64,000 nt of DNA from contig OX597822.1 of NCBI GenBank assembly GCA_951406725.2, forward strand, positions 46,252,001-46,316,000. The letters run 5' to 3'. A program made the position numbers and the translations under genes. How positions within the stretch are numbered: position 1 is the stretch's first letter; every line of letters begins with the position of its first letter. A model generated the notes under the pieces. That model did not search any database, was not told where the DNA came from, and saw only the letters and a program-made list of their open reading frames with translations. Shown here piece after piece: positions 54,985 to 64,000 of the stretch. The stretch comes from Octopus vulgaris. Taxonomy: Eukaryota.

Positions 54985-55335
54985 CATTTCAGTCATTGGA
55001 CTGCGGCTAAGCTGGAGCAACGCCTTGAACAAACCGATCCCAGTAGTTATTTTTGAAGTATGGTACTTATTCCATCGGATTCTTTTGCCGAACTGCTAAG
55101 TTACGGGGAACGTAAACAAACCAACACAGATTGTCAAGCGGAAGTACAGACACACACACACAAAAAAAAAACACACACACACATACAGTTTTCACCGTCC
55201 AAATTCATTCGGAATACTTTCGTTGGCCAGGGGTTATAGCAAAAGATACTAGCCTAAGGTGCCACGCAGTGGGACTGAACCCGGAACCATGTTGTTGGGA
55301 AGTAAACATCTTATCACACAAGCATACCTGCGCCT
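54985..55335 (-). mobile_element. SINE family A
   Basis: Matches reverse complement of A consensus. Confidence 0.85.
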
Positions 55336-56139
55336 ACTAGATTTGCAGAATCGTTTAAAGTGTGATATTTCTTTCGGTCCTTTACATTCTGGGTTCAAAT
55401 CCAGCGGCGGTCGACTTTGCCTTTCATTCTATTCGGATCGTTAAATACATAACCAAATACCTGCCAAGTTCTTAAATGTGATACAATTAGGTAACACTCC
55501 TACAATGTATCCAGCCATCACATATTTACGTGTTACATTTCATTTTATTTCAGTTGGTTTGCTTCCATGATTGTCGTCTTCTGTAGTAGGCTGCTTGATC
55601 AGGGGCAGACCGGAGGTGGGGGTCTCTGAGGGGCACGTGCCCCCTCCCCCTCAAGAAAAGAAGTGCGCCCATCTAAATAATGTTATTACGCCCTTTTCTC
55701 CTGGAATTGTATTCCCTTCTGGCCTCGTGTCTTCCCTTCGAAAACCTCCCGGGACCTCGCCTGTTGACGGTCCTGATTTATTTAGGAGGTTAATTGATGG
55801 GCGAGCTACGAGTTTTTCGAAACTGAAAAACAGTTACAGAAAATGCTATAGAAACACTGTATTTTTCGTCATATAAGTCGACCTAGTATATAGAGTAAAC
55901 ACTGAAACATCGCCATTATCTTTCCAAATGCTGATGCGTTTAAAATGGAAATGTTGGTCCTCCAAAGTTGCTTCGGTTTAAAAGCCGTAAAAGCCGACCA
56001 TATCATTTTGGTCTGCAAATTTTTGTTGGAAAAATTCGACTTGAATGCCGGAAAATACAATACATTCACAAACATATTCAATTACTTTATAAGTTATAAT
56101 GGCTAGAAGGGTTAACTACTTTCAGATATCATTACAGGT

Positions 56140-56430
56140 CTTTTCTCTTTCACTAGTATTTATTCTATAGATCCCTTTTGCCACTAAGTTACAGGGATGT
56201 AAACAAACCAACACCGGTGTATCGAGTGGGGCAGGGATAAAAACACGAACACATACACACGCGCATACAAACGATGGGATTCCATGCAATTTCTGTTTAC
56301 CAAATTCATTCACAGTGAATTGGTCGACCCGGGGCTCTTGTAGAGCGCATTCACCCATGGCGCAGCGCAGTAGAACTGAACCCGAAACCACGTAGGTACA
56401 AAGCGAGCTCCTTAACCACGCAGCCATGCC
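56140..56430 (-). mobile_element. SINE family A (diverged)
   Basis: ttttgccactaagttacagggatgtaaac..actgaacccgaaaccacg..accacgcagccatgcctgc. Confidence 0.8.
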
Positions 56431-57081
56431 TGCCAGAGAAATTTAATTCAATCACAAATAGGTTGATAGGTAATAAACACATTTCACACAGCAAATTTTA
56501 TAATCGTTGTGAATAACATCTTCAAATACGATTGTACATGTATTGTACAGCAAATAAAATACCCAGTTTATTTCAGATATACTAGCGACTATTTAACAGA
56601 AGTGTAAAATAAAAATCTAATATTGACCGCATACGCAGATGAATGTATACATTCTGGCACAAATAGGTAGTAGGTACGTAACAATACATATATTTCTCGG
56701 AAGTAATGACTATAAATAATAGCTATGAAAAATATCTTCAAACACAACCATATATGTATATAAATGAATATACGTGTACACATACACACAGATTAGGTTA
56801 TATAGTAGTGTATTCCAGCTAGATACTGCTAGCTATAATAGTCGTGTTAAATACATTTAAATATTGACTATATACTTATAGAAATACATCCAGACGTATT
56901 ATAGGTACGCAATAACAATGTACTTTAAAAGATTTTGATGGCTATTATAATAGCCAGTTGTGCTAAATACATTAAAATATTAACCATACAACTGAAAAAA
57001 AATCACGTACTTCAGATTGTCGTGACTTCAATAGTTGGGCAAAACAGTTTCAAATAACGACCGTATCTCTTTTAATTTTTT

Positions 57082-57815
57082 TACTTGTTTCGGTCATTAG
57101 ACTGCAGCCAAGCTGTGGCACTGCCTTCAAGGGTTTCAGTCGAACATATCGGCCCCGGTACTCATGCATTTTTTAAATAAAGTCTGGTACTTATTCTATC
57201 GGTTTCTTTTGCCGAACCACTAGATAACAGAAACGTAAACAAACGAACACTGTTCACACACAACAGGCTTCCGTAGTTTCTTATTTCTTTACTGCCCACA
57301 AGGGGTTACACACAGAGGGGACAAACAAACGGATTAAGTCGATTATATCGACCCCGGTGTGTAACTGGTACTTATTTAATCGACCCCGAAAGGATGAATG
57401 GCAAAGTCGACCTCGGCGGAATTTGAACTCAGAACGTAACGGCAGGCGAAATACCTGTTTCTTTACTACCCACAAGGGGCTAAACACAGAGAGGACAAAC
57501 AAAAGGATTAAGTCGATTATATCGACCCCAGTGCGTAACTGGTACTTATTTAATCGACCCCGAAAGGATGAAAGGCAAAGTCGACCTCGGTGGAATTTGA
57601 ACTCAGAACGTAGCGGCAGACGAAATACCGCTAAGCATTTCGCCCGGTATGCTAACGTTTCTGCCAGCTCGCCACAGTTTCTGCCTCCCAAATTCACTCA
57701 CAAGGTGCTGGTCTGTCTGGGACTATAGTACAAGACACTTGCCCAAAGGCGGTGCGCAGTGGAATTGAACACGAAACCACATGGTTGCAACGCAAGCTTC
57801 TTATTCACACAGATA
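57082..57815 (-). mobile_element. SINE family A containing a tandem pair of family B SINEs (57281-57673)
   Basis: B full copy 57458-57673 plus 5'-truncated copy 57281-57457; agtttct duplicated at 57275-57281 and 57676-57682. Confidence 0.9.
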
Positions 57816-58014
57816 TATGTTTCTGTTATTCCTCCTTCGTAAGTATTTTGAATTAATATAAGGGTGAAATATTCATTTCCGATAACGGGACAAGTACGTC
57901 TATGCATGATATGTAACCCTACTTCTTTTCTATTGTTTGTTTTAATTTATTTTTATTTCTCCATCATATCATGTGGTTACCTGTGTGACTATTAACCCGT
58001 GTCAGCCCTTATTT

Positions 58015-58280
58015 CATCATCATCGTTTTAACGTCCGCTTTCCATGCTAGCATGAGTTGGACGATTTGACTGAGGACTAGCGAACTAGATGGCTGCACCA
58101 GGCTCCAATCTTGATCTGGCAGAATTTCTACAGCTGGATCCCCTTCCTAACGCCAACCACTTCCGAGAGTGTAGTGGGTGCTTTTACGTGCCACCGGCAC
58201 GAGGGCCAATCAGGCGGTACTGGCAACGGCCACGCTTAAATGATGTTTTTTACGTGCCATTTGCACAGGAGGCAGTTCAG
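58015..58280 (-). mobile_element. Family D element (RTE-type tail)
   Basis: catcatcatcgttttaacgtccgctttccatgctagcatg..cccttcctaacgccaacc. Confidence 0.85.
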
Positions 58281-58545
58281 CGGCACATAAATTCGAATAG
58301 CTCGCAATACCATTTTAGGGGTCAGTAGGTACTCAACACCTAAGTCTACGGTGTCGTGTTGTGCGCCATAAATATCCCAGTATGACGTGATATCGGACCA
58401 TTACGAATAGCATTTCCAAAGGACCAGTGTAGCTGGCACCTGTTTCTTAACAAATGAAATCAGACGTGAACAATTAAATACACAAAGAACTGCAACGGAT
58501 TTGAATTCAACATAACCGAATTGGTTGTCAAGTTTTACACGTCCA

Positions 58546-59235
58546 TGTAGCCTCGTTCATCGCTGGTTCATTTATCAATGATCCAGGATAGCAAGGTACA
58601 CTCATTTGTGAACCATGTTACGCTTATCACGGATTAATCAGTGATAACACGGGTCGTCTATCAGTCGAACATTCTGCTTGTGCTGCGAAAATCACACTCC
58701 AGCGACCGTCGACAATGTTCAGTTATCTAGAACAGCGTTTCTTAAACTATGGGTCACGACTGCATTTGGGGTCGCAAAAACTAAATTCAAACACTTGAAT
58801 TTCAGTTTATATGTTATTCCACAAACGCACGATATTCAACGTGATGTCTCATATTTAATGCCTGGGGTCGTGAAAAATCTCGTGATGAAAAATGGGGTCT
58901 GAATTAAAAAAGCTGAAGAAGCGCTGATCTAGAATGTATTTACGTCACCGGTTTTTCTTTTTTTTTTTTCTGTATGGCTTTACGTATTCGTACCCTCAAC
59001 ATGGGATCAGTGAAGAGAGAAAATACAAAGGCGCTGGATCCTAACAAACAACGCAGACGAGTGTTTTCTCTACAGAAAAAAGGTAGAAATGATTGAGCAA
59101 ATACGTGATGGTGGAAGTTTTGGTGTAAATGAATCGACCATTCGTTCAATTTACAAAGTGCATCGAAGTTATTCGTTTATCACGTTCTTTTTCTCTTTTT
59201 AACCAAACCCTGCGATAAACGAGAAGAGATTGACT
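58546..59235 (+). mobile_element. Tigger/pogo derivative (same family as 50752)
   Basis: cctcgttcatcgc / gcgataaacgag ends; RRVFSLQ..VEMIEQIRDG..FGVNESTIRSI. Confidence 0.75.
58733..58926. mobile_element. hAT (Charlie-like) MITE with perfect 8-bp TSD
   Basis: atctagaa|cagcgtttctt ... aagaagcgctg|atctagaa. Confidence 0.92.
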
Positions 59236-60764
59236 ACAGAACATGTATTGGTGCAGTACTGAGGTTGACGCGCATTTCCCGAGCTCCCATCGAGCTTTAA
59301 CAAAGATCAGATTAAATTATAACGTCATTATTATGTTGTCCGGACTACGTCTTCCGGCAAGCAACAGGAGACATACGAGGAGTTGTGTTTTGCCATTACA
59401 ACAGTCCCTATAGACATTCGATGTTCAAAAACTAGTTCTATAGATAGCGGTCTATACTACTTTCAAAATTCCTAATTTGTTTTTCACACATTGTGTAGCT
59501 TAAACTATGTATAATATTAGAGAATCAAACCTAGCTGTTTCTTGCAAATACATACATCTAAAGCCAATTTTTTTCAGGGGCCCTAAAAATACTATTGTGG
59601 GTCTTCAATTGACCATTTTGTTGCGTGGACCTCCAAAAGTCTTATATGGACCCACTGATCAAAACGTTACCGACGACATCGCTTGCTATAGAACAAAATC
59701 ATTTATGCTCAAGTCTTTTTATCAAGAGTAGAAATCAGCCAAACCTCAACTTACTTTCTTCAAGTTACGTCCTTTTCTCAATACGCATTTTGTTTTTGTT
59801 ATTTTTTAAAGAATTTAACAGAAATAATAACCCCCTCCCCCCAATTTAGTCTATTGATCCAACTTTACGTTGGTCTCAACAAACATATTTAGAAGTGTAA
59901 AAACTGGAGGAAAAAACACCTGAAGACCGATACTGAAGTGGAAAATCATATAAAATACATGTAAAAATATTTTATCCTCTACTTGCTTCAGTCATTTGCC
60001 TGCGGCCATGCTGGGGCACCGCCTTGAATTTTTAGTCGAATGGATTTTACTCTGGTACTTATTTATTCTAGCAATCTCTTTCACCGAACCGATAATGTTA
60101 CGGGGACGTAAACACACCAGCACCGGCTGTCAAGTAGTAGTGGAACAAACACACATACAGACGCGCGCGTATATACGATGGGCTTTAAATAATTTTAGCT
60201 GTTTTTCGTGTGTGTGTGTTACGTCGTTTTCGAGTTAAGTTGCACCTCTTGGAACCAGTTGAGGTATGCATATCCTGTTCATTTTCGCTGATCGCGTGAT
60301 TGTGTGTGTGTCCGACACATACAGACACATGAGAGTCAAGGACATCCGGCAATGGATTAGGAGATTCAATCGGCATCACATTCCCTATTAGGGACTAGTA
60401 CATAAACAGAGAAGGAGAAGTTATTAGACGGAATCAGCCGACAAGCAACGAAAACGAACAACAAATAAAAACATCATACTGCTCCTTAGACTTCCATTCT
60501 AATTCTCCCTTAAAATTCTACGTCCATTTTTCCCGTCTCGCTGTTAGTATCCATATTGAACTGTAAATCACTTAATTCATTTAATCTTATCTTTTACTGG
60601 TTTCATGTTATGGACAGCAGTCGATTATAAATAATTCTCTGTTACAGAGTGTCGATGTACAGATATTCCCGCAACCTCTTTCCAGTAGATATACCAATAT
60701 AATATACACAAACGTGTATATATATATTTTATCCGAAGTCTACAGCATTATATATCCATTACGG

Positions 60765-60955
60765 GCGATTTTAACCAATTGGTTTAGCGCTACGAATTCA
60801 ACGGATTGTTAAGTAACAATCCGATTATATAACCCTACGCTCATCAGAGATGATTATATAAGAAAATGAGATGAAAAAGGAATAAACGATTATCTTATGA
60901 GCTTCATTAGCTTACAGCTGTTTCTACTTTATGGTGCAGTAGACTCATAGTTGAG
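60765..60955 (-). ncRNA. Two tandem degenerate hammerhead-like motifs
   Basis: CU-AUGA GUCUAC..GUA GAAA CAGCUG UA (60950-60913) and CUGAUGA GCG..CGC UAAA CCAAUUGG UU (60847-60773); palindromic stem III in both. Confidence 0.5.
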
Positions 60956-60997
60956 TGCCTGAGTAACACCTTATAGCTTGATCGGAGTTATGTTACA

Positions 60998-61039
<42 letters not shown>

Positions 61040-61041
<2 letters not shown>

Positions 61042-61357
61042 TAGGTAGCTTGCTTACCAACCACATGGTTCCGGGTTCAGTCCCACTGCGTAGCACCTTG
61101 GGCAAGTGTCTTCTACTATAGCCTCGCGCCGGCCAGAGCCTTGTGAGTGGAAGCCCGTCGCGTGTGTTTGTGCGTCTGTCTCCTCACAATCGCTTGACAA
61201 CCGATGCTGGTGTTTACGTCTCGTAAATTAGCGATTCGGTAAAAGAGACCGATAGAATAAGTACTAGGCTTACAAAGAATAAGTCCTGGGGTAGATTTGT
61301 CGAACTAAAGGCGGTGCTCTAGCATGGCCGCAGTCAAATGACTGAAACAAATAAAAG

Positions 61358-61360
<3 letters not shown>
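61040..61360 (+). mobile_element. SINE family A inserted in (TA)n
   Basis: Matches A consensus; flanked by TA repeats. Confidence 0.92.
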
Positions 61361-61395
<35 letters not shown>

Positions 61396-61402
<7 letters not shown>

Positions 61403-61705
61403 ATCACGTGACCGACCAGGCTATCAGATGTTGCTACACATCGCTGGTCACAATGCGCTTCGCATTGTTTTAGCCTTCAAATGACGCCACCCCGCTGGCT
61501 AAGCGAGCAGGGCAACAGACGAAAGAGTGAGAGAAAGTTGCGGCGAAAGAGTACAGCAGGAATTGCCAACATCCCCTGCCGGAGCCTCGTGGAGCTATAG
61601 GTGTTTTCGCTCAATAAACACTCACAATGCCCGGTCTGGGAATCGAATCCGCGCTCCTACGACCGCGAGTCCGCTGCCCTAACCACTGGGCCATTGCGCA
61701 TCCAC
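61396..61705 (-). mobile_element. SINE family C, tail variant 3
   Basis: Head reverse complement gagtccgctgccctaaccactgggccattgcgc; tail tcacgtgatcacgtgaccgaccaggctatcagatg. Confidence 0.9.
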
Positions 61706-61730
61706 ACACACACACACACACATATATAAA

Positions 61731-62477
61731 TAACGTACAGGAATAGGGTTAAGTTTAAGTGATACAAGAACTATAAGTCATACCGTATATCAATGCAAAC
61801 CCTACTGTCATATACCTTGAGGCTTTATGATCCCTCACCGAGAATATACTTTGAAAAGAACTATCTAATACTTGAATCCCCACTTCGCTTCACCCATCCG
61901 AATGGGTAAAACCTTAAACAGAGCTGCATATAAACTTGGACACCTACCCAGCAGAAACACGTGTGGGGTTGAAATCTAATGAGAGTAATACTGTAATAAA
62001 TTATTTTTGAAGATAATTCCCCATTCTTCTTTGTGATGTTTTGTGTGTATTGTGTGTGTGTTTAAACAAAACAAGGAGTTATTAAAGAAGGATGTTCAAT
62101 CTGGTCAAAATACTTTATAAACTCTGTGGTAATACAAATACACCAGGCCAACAAAATTTTCAGATTAGTAAAGAACTTTGCAAATGTTTATGGCAGGGTC
62201 ATCACCATTCTATGTTGTAAATCCGTGGCTGTATTCCATCTTATACTGGTCTTTTACACAAGACAATGTATAAATAATGCTCATTATATATTCTTTTATT
62301 GTAGTAAATTCGGATGGGTGATGTGAACTGGGGGTCCACGTATTAGGTAGTCCTTTCCAAAGTATATTCTCGGTGAGGGATCATAAAACCTCAAGGCACA
62401 TGACAGTAGAGTTTGCATTGATATACGGTATGACTATAGTTCTTGTATCACTTAAACTTAACCCTATTCCTGTACGT

Positions 62478-62479
<2 letters not shown>
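61731..62479. mobile_element. 749-bp foldback element with ~172-bp terminal inverted repeats
   Basis: 61731-61903 (taacgtacaggaatagggttaagtttaagtgatacaagaac...cacccatccgaat) is the reverse complement of 62308-62479; TA-repeat flanks. Confidence 0.92.
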
Positions 62480-62529
<50 letters not shown>

Positions 62530-62534
<5 letters not shown>

Positions 62535-62597
62535 ATTATAGGTTCGTTCATTGATGGACCGATTGAGTAAACCGATCAATGAACTAACCTATGACTA
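62530..62597. repeat. 68-bp hairpin / mini-MITE
   Basis: tagtcat(tat)aggttcgttcattgat ... atcaatgaactaacctatgacta. Confidence 0.75.
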
Positions 62598-63837
62598 TCG
62601 GAAACAGACTTAATTCGAATTTACTACAATAAAAGAATACGCAATGACCATTATTTATACCTTATTTTACACACACACACTGGTCGACAAGAGTGCATGG
62701 TAGAAGACATCTGTCCAGGATGCTGCGCAGTGGGTGTCGAACGAGGTACTAAGCGGCTACGAACAGTCTTCTTAACTACACAGGCGACCGCGTTCTTTTC
62801 ACATGAGGTCTATACGTCCTCGTCCGATTTACTAGATATAGCACTTCGCTTAACCTTCTCAAAGAAAAAGAAGGAACACTGGACGATATAGTTCTAGACA
62901 GACAATATTTGGGTGGTTGTAGGGGGGGGGGAGCTGACCACAGCTGGAATCGTTTGAATTATGGGCCTGCCTGGTCAGGGCTGACAATACATCTGTGTTT
63001 CATTTTCTCGCGTGGTCATCATATACAATTATGTTTGAAACCAAGAACCTTCGCTTATATATCCCTTTTAGGCGAGGTTGTTACATTTATTTCTTCGGGT
63101 TTTCTTCTATCTTTATTTCTTTCAGTCGTGGACTACGGTCATGCTGGGGCATCGTCTTGAAGGATTTAGTGGAACAAATAGACCCCAGTATTTTTTTGAA
63201 GTCTGGTACTTATTCTATCGTTCTCTTTTTGCCGAACTGCTTTATTACGAAGTTGTTGGGGACAAACAAAAACACAAAGACAAAGAGATATATATGTCAG
63301 TTTCCGTCCAACAAATTTATTCACAAGGCTTCGATCAGTCCGCGGCTATAGTAGAAGACACTTGTCCAAAGTGCCTCGCAGTGGGGAAGTGCCCTTTACT
63401 ACAACCCCGGATCAACTAAAGCCTTGTGAGTCGATCCGTCCTATTTTACAGAGGTTGAATCACTGCCCAAACCGAACTTTTAAAACTGCGCGCCTGCAAG
63501 CTGGAGCAGCGTGCTCGATACTGTAGAGGCAGCCATGGTCGAAACAGCAAGCATTTATTAAAGAGAAAAGAAGCGTGGTCATTCCTTACCCAAGTGACTT
63601 TATCTTATCGCCCATCACTTGTTATGCGCTCATTAATTAGTTTGATAGTTGAGCCTTGATTAGCTGTATGCAAGTGAGTTCATAACTGGGGTCCGGATCT
63701 CTCGTGGGAAAGAAAATCTCGTAGCCGACCCTGGTGAGGAGCGAAATGGAGGAGGCAATCGACTCCATTCTACTAAACATTACACATTTCAATGATGGGT
63801 CGTTTCTTCCATACACGTCCATTTTTATCTTCTATCT

Positions 63838-64000
63838 TTAACTTGTTTCAGTCGTTTGACTGCGACCATGCTGGTGCACCACATCGAAGAATTTTTAGTC
63901 GAACGAATCGACCACCAGTACGTTTTAAAGCCTGTTGCTTATTCTAGCGGCTTCTTCTGTTTCCGTCTACCAAATCCATTTACAAGACTTTGCTCGACCC
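63838..64000 (-). mobile_element. SINE family A, runs off the window (another partial copy 63115-63430)
   Basis: acttgtttcagtcgtttgactgcgaccatgctgg..ttccgtctaccaaatcc. Confidence 0.85.

Noticed and set aside
57281-57728. 138-aa and 123-aa ORFs with internal repeat
   Set aside because: Read-through of the tandem SINE-B dimer.

Overview
Eukaryotic, AT-rich, repeat-saturated animal DNA. The SINE, LINE and MITE families look like those of octopus (recognised from memory, not from a database search). I see no intact protein-coding gene. The ORF track is almost entirely microsatellite read-through or decayed transposon sequence. The window holds >40 tRNA-derived SINE copies in three modular families, decayed LINEs (RTE, CR1/Jockey-like, Tx1/L1), a probable Penelope-like fragment, Tc1/mariner and Tigger relics, hAT/piggyBac/pogo MITEs (often nested), a ~1.5 kb (TA)n tract and a 33-bp minisatellite. 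CpG is strongly depleted over ~1-23.7 kb and near normal from ~30 kb onward. Together with a clean minus-strand non-coding exon (13458-13545) and a promoter-like region (~31.9-33.5 kb), this suggests the 5' introns of a minus-strand gene running off the left edge. The most interesting signal is about ten type-I hammerhead-ribozyme-like motifs. These include two small foldback elements (20969-21233, 28350-28500) with a hammerhead core in each inverted arm and an identical 15-nt terminus, plus a tandem pair at 60765-60955. This resembles a Penelope pLTR/retrozyme-like family. All individual copies carry inactivating-looking changes.
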